A program made the position numbers and the translations under genes. From Alphaproteobacteria bacterium (GTDB taxonomy: Bacteria; Pseudomonadota; Alphaproteobacteria; UBA8366): a stretch of DNA of 64,000 bases. This document shows positions 1 to 9,072 of this stretch, piece after piece. Numbering within the stretch: the first letter of the stretch is position 1; the number at the start of each line of letters is the position of its first letter. The notes under the pieces are model-generated. The model was not told where the DNA came from. It searched no databases and was given only the letters and a program-made list of their open reading frames with translations. The stretch covers positions 1,656 to 65,655 of the forward strand of contig JBFFGE010000003.1 of NCBI GenBank assembly GCA_041557595.1, in the 5' to 3' direction.

Positions 1-1
1 C

Positions 2-712
2 GACGGCTGCAAGCTGGTGTCGCTCGATTACAGCCAGATCGAATTGCGCATCGTCGCCCATATGGCCGGCATCAAGGCGCTGGTCGACGCTTTTCGGGAC
101 GGCGCCGATATTCACGCGCTGACCGCGTCGCAGGTCTTCGGCATTCCGATGGAAGGGATGGATCCGATGGTGCGCCGCAAGGCCAAGGCGATCAATTTCG
201 GCATCATCTACGGCATCAGCGCGTTCGGCCTGGCCCGCCAGCTCGGCATCGAACAGCGCGAGGCGAAGGCCTATATCGAGACGTATTTCGAGCAATATCC
301 GGGCATCAACGACTATATGGAGCGGATGCGCGAGGAATGCCGGAAGACCGGCAAGGTGGAAACTTTGTTCGGCCGGCGCATCCATCTGCCCGGCATCAAC
401 GACAAGAACCCGATGCGCCGCAACTACGCGGAGCGCCAGGCGATCAACGCACCCATTCAGGGCACCGCCGCCGACATCATCAAACGCGCGATGCTCCGTG
501 TGCCGCCGGCGCTGAAACGCGAAAAACTAAAGGCGGACATGCTGCTGCAGGTGCATGACGAATTGTTGTTCGAAGTGCCGGACGCGCAGGTCGACGACAC
601 GATTGCCGCGGTGCGCGCGGTCATGGAGGGCGCGGCTGACCCGGCGGTGTCGCTGGAGGTGCCGCTGGTCGTGGATGCGGGAATTGGCGACAATTGGGAT
701 CAGGCGCACTGA
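2..712 (+). CDS. polA: DNA polymerase I, C-terminal polymerase domain (5' end lies outside the window)
   Basis: Frame is open from the window edge. Translation carries family-A polymerase motifs DYSQIELR, RRKAKAINFGIIYG and QVHDELLFE. Confidence 0.95.
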   Translation, partial: DGCKLVSLDYSQIELRIVAHMAGIKALVDAFRDGADIHALTASQVFGIPMEGMDPMVRRKAKAINFGIIYGISAFGLARQLGIEQREAKAYIETYFEQYPGINDYMERMREECRKTGKVETLFGRRIHLPGINDKNPMRRNYAERQAINAPIQGTAADIIKRAMLRVPPALKREKLKADMLLQVHDELLFEVPDAQVDDTIAAVRAVMEGAADPAVSLEVPLVVDAGIGDNWDQAH

Positions 713-755
713 TGCGCGGGCCCACAGGTTTTAGGAACATTGGGAGGGTCATCGG

Positions 756-1826
756 GTGCTGATTCGCCATGACAAACTGCGCGCCGTCGTACGCGCCATT
801 TGCGCCGCGGCCGGCAGCGAAAGCGACGAGGCGGCGAAAGTGGCGGACAATCTCGTCACCGCCAACCTGACCGGACATGACAGCCACGGCGTCGGCATGC
901 TGCCCCGCTATATCGCGTGCGCACAAACCGGCGCGTTGAAGATCAACGCGCATGTGCAGGTGGTGCGGGACGAAGGCTCGATGCTGGTGCTGGACGGCCA
1001 GACCGGCTATGGGCAGGTCATCGGCGGCGAGGCGATGGCGCTCGGTATCGAGCGGGCGCGGGAACACGGCGTCGCCGTGCTCGCGCTGCGCAACAGTTTT
1101 CACCTGTGCCGCATCGGCGCCTGGGCCGAACAATGCGCGGCCGCCGGAATGATCTCGTTCCACTATGTCAACGTGATCGGCCACAAGCCGCTGGTCGCGC
1201 CGTTTCGCGGCGGCGACGCGCGTTATGCGACCAACCCCTATACCTGTGTGCTGCCGTCGACCGATAACAACCCCACGACCCTGCTCGACATGGCGACCAG
1301 CGTGGTCGCCATGGGAAAGGTGCGCGTCGCCAAGAACAAGGGCGAGCAGGTCCGCGAAGGCGCGCTGATCGACGCGCAGGGCCGGCCGACTACCGATCCC
1401 AATACGATGTACACGCCGCCCTTCGGCGCCGTCCTGCCGTTCGGCGAACATAAAGGCTACGGCATGGCGCTGATGGCTGAGCTGCTGGCCGGCGTGATGA
1501 GCGGCGGACAGACGATGCGGGCCGAAACGCAGCGCCAGGACGACACCATTCTCAACAACATGCTGGCGATCATCATGGATCCGCGCCGCCTGGTGGACGA
1601 GGAATTCTATAAATCGGAAGTTGATGCGACGCTGGCACATGTGAAGGCGTCGCCGCCGCAGAACCCGGCGGAGCCGGTGTTGGTACCGGGCGACCCGGAA
1701 CGAATCAGCAAGGCCGAGCGCGAAGCCAACGGCGTCCCGATCGACGACAACACCTGGGAGGAAATTCTCGCCGCCGGAGAGTCGGTCGGACTCAAGCGGG
1801 GCGACGTCATGGGGATGGCCGCCTAG
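756..1826 (+). CDS. Ldh_2 family (malate/L-lactate/ureidoglycolate-type) NAD(P)H-dependent oxidoreductase
   Basis: 356-aa ORF with GTG start 8 nt after GGGAGGG. N-terminal pattern ...ANLTGHDSHGVGMLPRY... and EHKGYGMAL are typical of the Ldh_2 family. Confidence 0.8.
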   Translation: MLIRHDKLRAVVRAICAAAGSESDEAAKVADNLVTANLTGHDSHGVGMLPRYIACAQTGALKINAHVQVVRDEGSMLVLDGQTGYGQVIGGEAMALGIERAREHGVAVLALRNSFHLCRIGAWAEQCAAAGMISFHYVNVIGHKPLVAPFRGGDARYATNPYTCVLPSTDNNPTTLLDMATSVVAMGKVRVAKNKGEQVREGALIDAQGRPTTDPNTMYTPPFGAVLPFGEHKGYGMALMAELLAGVMSGGQTMRAETQRQDDTILNNMLAIIMDPRRLVDEEFYKSEVDATLAHVKASPPQNPAEPVLVPGDPERISKAEREANGVPIDDNTWEEILAAGESVGLKRGDVMGMAA

Positions 1827-1871
1827 CGAGGCCGGACGCACAAATCACAAAACGCAATTTGGGAGGACGCA

Positions 1872-2495
1872 ATGCTGAAGATCCTGGGACGCAAGACCTC
1901 GTCGAACGTCATGGAAGTGCTTTGGCTCTGTGCCGAACTTGGCATCGAGTATGATCGCGAAGATGTCGGCGGGCCGTTCGGCCGCAATGACGAGCCGGAA
2001 TATCTCGCCAAAAATCCGAACGGCCTGGTGCCGACCATCGAGGACGGCGATCTCATCCTCTGGGAATCCAATGCGATCGTCCGCTACCTCGCGGCGAAAC
2101 ACGGCGCGGGATCGCCGATCTGGCCGGACGATTTGCAGGCGCGTGCCGCGGCGGACAAGTGGATGGACTGGCAGCTCTCAAGGGTGGCGCCAATGATTAC
2201 GCCGATCTTCTGGAACCTGGTGCGCACGCCCGAGCCGGACCGCAACATGGATGCGGTCGCGGCCGCCATTAAATCGGGCTATGCGGTCTGGGGCATTCTG
2301 GACGCCCAGTTGTCGAAAACCGACTTCGTCGCCGGCAATGATTTTACGGTCGGCGACATTCCCGTCGGCATTCACGCCTTTCGCTGGTTCTCGCTGGTCG
2401 ACGACCGGCCGTCGATGCCCGGGCTCGAGGCCTGGTATGCCCGGCTCCAGGACCGGCCGGCCTATCGCGAGCACTGCATGAACCCGCTGGTATAA
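1872..2495 (+). CDS. glutathione S-transferase family protein
   Basis: 207-aa ORF with GGGAGG RBS. Thioredoxin-like N-terminal domain (NPNGLVPTIEDGDLILWESNAIVRYL) plus helical C-terminal domain. Confidence 0.85.
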   Translation: MLKILGRKTSSNVMEVLWLCAELGIEYDREDVGGPFGRNDEPEYLAKNPNGLVPTIEDGDLILWESNAIVRYLAAKHGAGSPIWPDDLQARAAADKWMDWQLSRVAPMITPIFWNLVRTPEPDRNMDAVAAAIKSGYAVWGILDAQLSKTDFVAGNDFTVGDIPVGIHAFRWFSLVDDRPSMPGLEAWYARLQDRPAYREHCMNPLV

Positions 2496-2556
2496 GGGCA
2501 ATCCGGTCCTTGCCATCGCGATGGCGTTGAATAGAGTCTAAGAAAAGGAGGACGCA

Positions 2557-2880
2557 ATGGTCGGACCGAGACGGGTACACGATATGGGGGGCCTCGATGC
2601 GGGGCCGGTGCCGCAGGAAGGGCATCAGCACGAGGCCTGGGAGAAACGCGTCGATGCCATTCGGATGCTGTGCGCGAAGTACGACCTGCTGCGCACCGAC
2701 GAGATGCGCCGCAACATCGAGGACCTCGGTCCCGGGGTGTATGACGAGCTCGGCTATTACGAACGCTGGTGCGCGGCGATCACCAATGTGCTGCTGCAGA
2801 AGAGCGTGATTTCGGTCGACGAGCTGGGCCGCAAGATGAAAGAGGTCGAAGACCGCTGGGAGAAGGCGCGCGCGGAATGA
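2557..2880 (+). CDS. nitrile hydratase family, beta-subunit N-terminal-half protein (split beta)
   Basis: 107 aa with strong AAGGAGG RBS. Shows the beta N-terminal pattern HDMGG...WEKR...D..R..IE.L.P..Y....YYERW. The stop overlaps the next start (ATGA at 2877-2880). Confidence 0.8.
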   Translation: MVGPRRVHDMGGLDAGPVPQEGHQHEAWEKRVDAIRMLCAKYDLLRTDEMRRNIEDLGPGVYDELGYYERWCAAITNVLLQKSVISVDELGRKMKEVEDRWEKARAE

Positions 2881-3176
2881 GCGAGCAATTCACCATCGGA
2901 GACCGGGTGCGGGTGCGCCGCGCCTATCCGCCGGGCCATGTCCGGGCGCCCTACTTCACCCGCGGCAAGACCGGCGTGGTTACGGCGATCGCCGGGCATT
3001 ACCGCAATCCGGAAGATTTGGCCTATGGCCGCTACGACGGCGAAATCCTGCCGCTCTACCGCGTGCGCTTCGAGCAGGCGGATTTGTGGGCGGAGTATCA
3101 AGGCGGTCCGAAGGACAGCACGATTGTCGACGTCTATGAGAATTGGTTGGAACCCGAGAAAGGAGGCGGCCGATGA
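2877..3176 (+). CDS. nitrile hydratase family, beta-subunit C-terminal (SH3-like) half protein (split beta)
   Basis: 99 aa. FTIGDRVRV...PGHVRAPYFTRGKTGVV...YRVRF...LW resembles the C-terminal barrel of NHase beta. ATGA overlaps on both sides (2877-2880 and 3173-3176). Confidence 0.75.
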   Translation: MSEQFTIGDRVRVRRAYPPGHVRAPYFTRGKTGVVTAIAGHYRNPEDLAYGRYDGEILPLYRVRFEQADLWAEYQGGPKDSTIVDVYENWLEPEKGGGR

Positions 3177-3838
3177 GCAGCCCCGACGAACACGTCCATG
3201 AGCATGACCACGACCACGATCATGACCACGACCGGACGTGTCAACCCGATATCGAGGATTCGCCCTATTCGCACTATCAGGTCATGGCGCAGGCGTTGGG
3301 CGAGGTGCTGATCGACAAGGGGATCATCACCGCCGATGAGCTGCGCGAACAGATCGAAGTGCAGGATTCCCGCAGCCCGGCCGAAGGGGCGAAACTGATC
3401 GCCCGCGCCTGGACGGATCCGGAATTCAAGGCGCAGTTCATGGCCGACGTGAATGCCGCCGCCGAATCGATGGGCGTGCCGGCCGGCGACATTCCGATCC
3501 GGGCGGTCGAGAACACGGCCGAGGTGCACAACGTGATCGTCTGCACCTTGTGTTCCTGCTATCCGCGCGGACTGCTCGGCGTGCCGCCGGACTGGTATAA
3601 ATCGCGGGCCTATCGCAGCCGAACCGTTCGCGAACCGCGCGCCATCCTGGCGGAATTCGGCACCGAGTTGCCGGACGATTTCGAAGTCCGGGTGCATGAC
3701 AGCACCGCCGACCTCCGGTACATCGTTCTGCCGATGCGGCCGGACGGGACGGACGGGATGGACGAGGCGTCGCTGGAGGCGCTGGTCAGCCGGGACTGCA
3801 TGATCGGCGTATCTCTGCCGCGTCGCCCGAAGGCGTGA
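3173..3838 (+). CDS. nitrile hydratase alpha-subunit-like / thiocyanate hydrolase gamma-like metal-centre subunit, cobalt-type motif
   Basis: 221 aa. The metal-binding claw VCTLCSCYP is encoded at 3542-3559, followed by PPDWYKSRAYRSRTVREPR. The N-terminus carries EHVHEHDHDHDHDHD. Confidence 0.85.
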   Translation: MSSPDEHVHEHDHDHDHDHDRTCQPDIEDSPYSHYQVMAQALGEVLIDKGIITADELREQIEVQDSRSPAEGAKLIARAWTDPEFKAQFMADVNAAAESMGVPAGDIPIRAVENTAEVHNVIVCTLCSCYPRGLLGVPPDWYKSRAYRSRTVREPRAILAEFGTELPDDFEVRVHDSTADLRYIVLPMRPDGTDGMDEASLEALVSRDCMIGVSLPRRPKA

Positions 3839-3881
3839 CGGCGCGCCCGCATTTTTACCAGTTGTAAACGCCTTCGCTTCT

Positions 3882-4496
3882 ATGAAGAAGTCCATGCGAC
3901 TTTTTCGCGCCTTGCTGTGTGTCCTCTTCGCCGCCGCCGTGCTGGGCGGCTGCTACCTGCCGAGCGAATTCAAGGCCGATCTCCGAATCGCGCCGAACGG
4001 CAACTACAATTTCAAATACGAAGGCCTGCTGGTGTATCTGCCGCTGGTGAAGAAGCTGTCGGAGGGCGAGCTCTCGGCGGAAGCGCTGCAAAAAGAAGTG
4101 TCGGTGATCGATCGCGATCTCGGTCGCGATTCCGGATTCAAGGAAATCGCCTATATCGACCGCGGCACCTTTCGCGTGCGCTATGCCCGGGTGGGCAACA
4201 TCGTCCAGGAAAAATCGTTCAATTTCGTGCGCTCGAGCGCGCGGATGCTGTCAATCGAAAGACGCTTGGATGGAACCGTTCACGTGATCGGCGACAAGCC
4301 GAACAAATCGCTCGCCACACAGCTCGCGCGCGGCGGCTTCGTGGTGCGCGGCACGCTGCGCGTCCAGACCGAGGCGCAGGTGGTTCGCCACAACGCCGCG
4401 GAAGTGACGGAGGCCGCCGCGAAGCTCTACATCTGGCGGATCGAGGGCGTCGAGCGAAAATCGCCCCGGCTGGTCTTCAACCTGCAGGGCCGCTGA
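3882..4496 (+). CDS. hypothetical lipoprotein
   Basis: 204-aa ORF. N-terminal signal with lipobox (MKKSMRLFRALLCVLFAAAVLGG-C). No family recognised and no obvious SD. Confidence 0.55.
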   Translation: MKKSMRLFRALLCVLFAAAVLGGCYLPSEFKADLRIAPNGNYNFKYEGLLVYLPLVKKLSEGELSAEALQKEVSVIDRDLGRDSGFKEIAYIDRGTFRVRYARVGNIVQEKSFNFVRSSARMLSIERRLDGTVHVIGDKPNKSLATQLARGGFVVRGTLRVQTEAQVVRHNAAEVTEAAAKLYIWRIEGVERKSPRLVFNLQGR

Positions 4497-4515
4497 CCGC
4501 CGGTTCGGTGGTGCG

Positions 4516-4953
4516 GTGACCGGCGCCGGATATGGCGGGCTGTTCCTCACCGCATTTCTCGCAGCCACGCTCCTGCCCCTGTCCTCGGAAGCGGTCCTCG
4601 CCGCGCTCGCTGCGGCGGAAGGATACGATCTGTACGTGTTGGTCGCCGTGGCGACCGCCGGCAATACGCTCGGCGCGCTGGTCAATTGGCTGCTGGGGCG
4701 GTTCTGCCTGCACTGGCGCGACCGGCGCTGGTTTCCGGTCGATACGACGCGGCTCGACCGGGCGTCGCACTGGTTTCGGCGCTACGGCGTCTGGTCGTTA
4801 TTGCTGGCCTGGATGCCGGTGATCGGCGACCCGCTGACCTTCATTGCCGGATTTCTCGGCATCCGTCTGCGGTATTTCGTGCCCCTGGTCGCGCTCGGCA
4901 AGGCGGCGCGCTACGCCGTCATCGCCGGCCTGGCGCAAGCGCTATTCGGGTAA
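4516..4953 (+). CDS. YqaA/DedA-type small membrane protein
   Basis: 145 aa, GTG start. Polytopic hydrophobic profile with the GDPLTF motif typical of YqaA/SNARE-associated family proteins. Confidence 0.7.
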   Translation: MTGAGYGGLFLTAFLAATLLPLSSEAVLAALAAAEGYDLYVLVAVATAGNTLGALVNWLLGRFCLHWRDRRWFPVDTTRLDRASHWFRRYGVWSLLLAWMPVIGDPLTFIAGFLGIRLRYFVPLVALGKAARYAVIAGLAQALFG

Positions 4954-4997
4954 GCGCGGCGCCGGGTTCGGGATGCGAAACGGGTATCGAACGCGGC

Positions 4998-6593
4998 TTA
5001 TGCGGCCGCGAAGATTCCGGCCTTCCTGACGTCGTCCTCGACATAGGATTCGAACTGCTTGAAGTTGTTCTCGAAACGGCCGCACAGATCGCGGGCGGTC
5101 GAATCGTAGGCCGTCTTGTCGGACCACGTGGTGCGCGGCTGCAGGACGCCTTCCGGCACGTCCGGGCAGTTTTGCGGCACCAGCACGCCGAAATTGGGAT
5201 CGGGCGCCGCCGCCACTTCGGCCAGCCGGCCGTCCAGCGCGGCCCGGACCATTGCGCGGGTATGTTCGATCTTCATGCGCGAACCGGTGCCATAGGCGCC
5301 GCCGGACCAGCCGGTATTGACCAGCCAGCACTTGGCGCCGGTCTTGCGGATCCGGTCGCCCAGCATCTTGGCGTAGACCGACGGATGGCGCGGCATGAAC
5401 GGCGCGCCGAAGCAGGTCGAGAAGGTAGCTTCCGGCTCGGTAACGCCCTTTTCGGTGCCGGCCACGCGTGCGGTATATCCCGACAGGAAGTGATACATCG
5501 CCTGGTCGGCGCTGAGCCGGCTGATCGGCGGCAGGACACCGAACGCGTCGGCGGTCAGCATGACCACGTTCTCCGGCTGTGCGCCCATTCCCCTGGTTTC
5601 GATATTCGGGATGAAGTCGATCGGATAGGACGCGCGGGTGTTTTCGGTCAATGAACCGTTGTCCAGGTCGAGCAACCGGGTCGTCGGGTCCATCACGACG
5701 TTTTCCAGGATCGTGCCGAAACGCCGGGTCGTCTCGTAAATTTCGGGTTCGGCCTTGGCCGAGAGGTTGATCACCTTGGCGTAACAGCCGCCCTCGAAAT
5801 TGAACACGCCGGTCGCGGACCAGCCGTGCTCATCGTCGCCGATCAGCGTCCGGGTGCCGTCGGCCGATAGAGTCGTCTTTCCGGTGCCCGACAGGCCGAA
5901 GAAGATGCTGACGTCGCCGCCGATGCCGATGTTGGCCGAGCAGTGCATGGGCAGCACGTCGTTTTCCGGCAGGATGTAGTTGAGGTAGGAAAACACCGAT
6001 TTCTTGATTTCGCCCGCATAGACGGTGCCGGCGATCAGCACCATTTTTTCGGCGAAATTCATCATCACCGCGCATTCGGAATTGGTGCCGTCGCGCTCGG
6101 GCACCGCCTGAAAATACGGTGCGTTGAGGATGGTGAGGTCGGGCTTGAAATTGGCCAGCTCTTCGCTGCTCGGTTCGATGAACATGTTGCGCGCGAACAG
6201 GCTGTGCCAGGGGCTCTCGGAAACGACCCGGACCGAGATCCGGTAATCCGGATCGGCGCCGGCGAACAAATCCTGCACATACAGCTTGCGGCCCTGGTAA
6301 TAGGCGCAAATTTGCCGGCGCATGTTCTCAAAGACTTCCGGAGTCGTCGGCCGATTGATCGGCCCCCACCAGATGTTGTCCTTGCTCGACGGTTCTTCGA
6401 CCAGGAACTTGTCGTTCGGCGACCGGCCCGTATGCTTGCCGGTCTCGACGACCAGCGCGCCGCCGGCGGAAATCTGGCCCAATCCGGCGGCCATTGTCGC
6501 TTCGTACAGCGGCGCGGCGCTCAGATTCCAATGCACGCTCTTCGCATTGGTGATGCCGTGGCCTTCCAGGCCGGCTTTATTGATGTGCTCCAC
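4998..6593 (-). CDS. pckA: phosphoenolpyruvate carboxykinase (ATP)
   Basis: 531 aa with the ATP-PEPCK kinase-1a loop FFGLSGTGKTTLSADG. Looks full length. Confidence 0.97.
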   Translation of the reverse strand: MEHINKAGLEGHGITNAKSVHWNLSAAPLYEATMAAGLGQISAGGALVVETGKHTGRSPNDKFLVEEPSSKDNIWWGPINRPTTPEVFENMRRQICAYYQGRKLYVQDLFAGADPDYRISVRVVSESPWHSLFARNMFIEPSSEELANFKPDLTILNAPYFQAVPERDGTNSECAVMMNFAEKMVLIAGTVYAGEIKKSVFSYLNYILPENDVLPMHCSANIGIGGDVSIFFGLSGTGKTTLSADGTRTLIGDDEHGWSATGVFNFEGGCYAKVINLSAKAEPEIYETTRRFGTILENVVMDPTTRLLDLDNGSLTENTRASYPIDFIPNIETRGMGAQPENVVMLTADAFGVLPPISRLSADQAMYHFLSGYTARVAGTEKGVTEPEATFSTCFGAPFMPRHPSVYAKMLGDRIRKTGAKCWLVNTGWSGGAYGTGSRMKIEHTRAMVRAALDGRLAEVAAAPDPNFGVLVPQNCPDVPEGVLQPRTTWSDKTAYDSTARDLCGRFENNFKQFESYVEDDVRKAGIFAAA

Positions 6594-6704
6594 TTTAACT
6601 TTCCTCCCGTCGGGCCGCCGGGTTGGGCCGAACGGCCTCCCTGGCGATTTTCCATGGTGATTGATATCTGGCGAATGGGGGTGAAATCAACTACGTCCTT
6701 CAGA

Positions 6705-7463
6705 TTACGACTTATGCCCTGATTCTCTTCGACCTTGCTTGGCGAGCGCGGCCAGTCGCGCGCGCGCCGAAGAGGGATCGAGAACAGGTTTTTCGAAGGC
6801 GATTCGCAAGAATCGTCCCGCGCGCGTCAGATCGATCCCTTCCGGATCGATGCCGCAAAGACGCCAGTCGGTCTCGGTCGATTGCGCGAGCGCCGCATAG
6901 AGCTGGATGGCGTCCGCGTGGTCGGTATTCATGTGATCCAGAATCTCCGGCTCCGCGTTGGCCAGCGCTTCCGCACCATCGGTATCGTAAAGAAACGCAT
7001 CGGCGGGCAGCCAATGGATTTCGCCGAAGCCGCCGATCAAATGGGCTCTTTCCGGCGTGACTTCATAGAAATTGAAATCGCCGAAATTCGCGTAGGCGGC
7101 GGCGCCGGAATGCCGTGCCAGATACCGGCCGGCCAGGCAGTCCTTTCGCGGTCCGTCGGCCAGACGGTGCGCGCGGCCTTGCACCGTGACGCGGGCCCCG
7201 GCCAGCCGGTCCGGGCCCGGCGCGGTGCCGTCGAAGAGCAGGGAAACCCGGTCGTCCTCGGCGATATTCCTGGTGTGATCGGCCAGGTCGGAGAGCAGCA
7301 GGACCGGGTGCGCATCCTGGCCGCAGGCGGTTTCGACCAGAGACGCGTAGGGTCGGCCGTCATGCGTTCGTTCGGCGGTGGCGAGGGTCGCCGCGCCGGC
7401 GCTCCGGATCAGGCGGCGGCAAATGTCGCCCGGGGCGGGCGCGGCAGGGTTCTGCGGGCTCAT
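6705..7463 (-). CDS. PNPOx-like / HugZ-family protein with C-terminal DUF2470-like region
   Basis: 252-aa ORF. Split-barrel FMN/heme-binding-like N-terminal half and HMNTDHADA motif in the C-terminal half. Its start overlaps the stop of the upstream SCO gene (7460-7463). Confidence 0.6.
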   Translation of the reverse strand: MSPQNPAAPAPGDICRRLIRSAGAATLATAERTHDGRPYASLVETACGQDAHPVLLLSDLADHTRNIAEDDRVSLLFDGTAPGPDRLAGARVTVQGRAHRLADGPRKDCLAGRYLARHSGAAAYANFGDFNFYEVTPERAHLIGGFGEIHWLPADAFLYDTDGAEALANAEPEILDHMNTDHADAIQLYAALAQSTETDWRLCGIDPEGIDLTRAGRFLRIAFEKPVLDPSSARARLAALAKQGRRESGHKS

Positions 7464-8128
7464 GATCTCGATTGTAGCGTGCCCGCGGCCGCCATGAGCC
7501 GGCGCATTTGCGCCGCCATTTCCTTGGGATCGGCGCCGCGCCGGAACAACGTCAGATAACGCCCATCCGGGCCCATGAAATAGACGAAGCTACTGTGGTC
7601 CATCAGATAATCGGTCGCATCGCCAGCCGAATCACCGGACCTGGAGCGCGCATAGAAAACCCGGTAGGCCTTGGCGGCCACGGCGATCTCGTCGGCGGTC
7701 CCGCTCAGGCCGACCAGACGCGGATGGAACTGCGCGACGTAGTCCGCGAGGAAGTCCGGCGTGTCGCGCGCCGGATCGATGGTGATGAACACCGGCTGTA
7801 TCGCGTCGGCCTGTCCGGCCAGCGCATCCAGCGCCGACCCCATGGTGGCGAGCTCGGTCGGGCATACATCGGGGCAGTACCCGTATCCGAAATAGATCAG
7901 CATGTAGCGGCCGCGAAAGCTGGCATCGCTGACCCGCCGGCCGCGATGGTCCACGAGGTTGAACGGGCCGCCGATATTCACCGTCGTCGCCGTCGTACCG
8001 GAAACGCGGTTGCCGGATTTGGGGTCGTCGCCGGAAATATTCCGCCAGACGATCCAGGTGGCGATTGCGATCACCACGAGCGCCACCAGCATGGCGCCAA
8101 TGACCGGTAGCGGAGGCTTGGATTTCAT
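7460..8128 (-). CDS. SCO1/SenC family copper chaperone (thioredoxin fold)
   Basis: 222 aa with an N-terminal TM anchor and a CPDVCP motif within FGYGYCPDVCPTEL. Confidence 0.9.
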   Translation of the reverse strand: MKSKPPLPVIGAMLVALVVIAIATWIVWRNISGDDPKSGNRVSGTTATTVNIGGPFNLVDHRGRRVSDASFRGRYMLIYFGYGYCPDVCPTELATMGSALDALAGQADAIQPVFITIDPARDTPDFLADYVAQFHPRLVGLSGTADEIAVAAKAYRVFYARSRSGDSAGDATDYLMDHSSFVYFMGPDGRYLTLFRRGADPKEMAAQMRRLMAAAGTLQSRS

Positions 8129-8368
8129 CGCCCTGTCCGGAGGTTGGGGCCGAGACCCTATGATCCGAGATTTGATTTCAACGCTGCATTAACCAATTTG
8201 ATATACTGTTGTTTCGGTGGGCCGCGATTAGACAAATCGACGCAGCGCGGCCCCTGCGTGAGTGCATCGAAGTCGCAACAAAGCCGTGAACGTGCCAAAA
8301 TGCTGCCATAGACACGGAAGATTGTGGTAGCGCGCCACCAACAGGTACAATTCGGCCAGGAGTTCGTC

Positions 8369-9067
8369 ATGCAGCAGACGATTGCGCTTGTCGATGACGA
8401 CAAGAACATTTTGACGTCCGTGTCGATGGCCCTCGAAGCGGAGGGCTATCACGTGCGGACCTACAACGACGGGGAAGAGGCGCTTCGCGGGCTGTCGCAA
8501 CAGCCTGTCGACCTTGCCATTCTCGACATTAAGATGCCGCGCATGGACGGCATGGAGCTGCTGCAGAAACTGCGCAGCGGCAGCAATTTGCCGGTCATCT
8601 TCCTGACCTCCAAGGACGATGAGGTCGATGAAGTGCTCGGCCTGCGCATGGGTGCGGACGACTATATCAAGAAGCCGTTTTCGCAACGGCTGCTGATCGA
8701 GCGGATCCGCACCTTGCTGCGCCGTTCAGAACTCGGCGACGAAACGCCGGTCAAGAAGGCGGATGCGGTGTTGGTGCGCGGTCCGCTGGTGCTCGACACC
8801 GAACGGCACTCGTGCTCGTGGGAAGGCCTGGATGTCCAGCTTACCGTAACGGAATTCCTGCTTCTCAAGGCGCTGGCGCAACGGCCCGGCCATGTCAAAA
8901 GCCGCGACCAGTTGATGGATGCGGCGTATGGCGAGAGCATCTACGTCGATGACCGCACCATCGACAGTCATATCAAGCGCCTTCGCAAGAAATTCCGTCA
9001 GGTGGACAACAGCTTTTCGCAAATCGAAACCTTGTACGGGGTGGGGTATCGTTACGGCGAGCAGTAA
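8369..9067 (+). CDS. chvI: OmpR-family response regulator ChvI
   Basis: ATG at 8369 follows CCAGGAG. Receiver domain (LVDDD...[14 protein letters not shown]) plus winged-helix domain. Lies next to chvG, hprK and pckA, as in other alphaproteobacteria. Confidence 0.9.
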   Translation: MQQTIALVDDDKNILTSVSMALEAEGYHVRTYNDGEEALRGLSQQPVDLAILDIKMPRMDGMELLQKLRSGSNLPVIFLTSKDDEVDEVLGLRMGADDYIKKPFSQRLLIERIRTLLRRSELGDETPVKKADAVLVRGPLVLDTERHSCSWEGLDVQLTVTEFLLLKALAQRPGHVKSRDQLMDAAYGESIYVDDRTIDSHIKRLRKKFRQVDNSFSQIETLYGVGYRYGEQ

Positions 9068-9072
9068 CCGAT

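Noticed and set aside
621-1841. 406-aa minus-strand ORF antisense to the Ldh_2 gene. It is representative of many long ORFs in the track: 9091-10143(-), 19032-21410(-), 22928-24376(-), 43971-46013(+), 45695-47308(+), 54639-56042(+), 57548-59236(+) and 27302-28702(-).
   Set aside because: All lie antisense or out of frame to genes with clear family motifs. Their translations are Arg/Ala/Gly/Pro-rich low-information sequence with no recognisable domains. Stop-free alternative frames are expected at this GC content.
3839-3881. Terminator after the NHase-like operon (GC-rich palindrome GGCGCGCC followed by CATTTTT).
   Set aside because: The palindrome has no loop and alternative stems are only 3-4 bp. 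This is insufficient to call a terminator, so whether the lipoprotein and yqaA genes belong to the same operon is left open.
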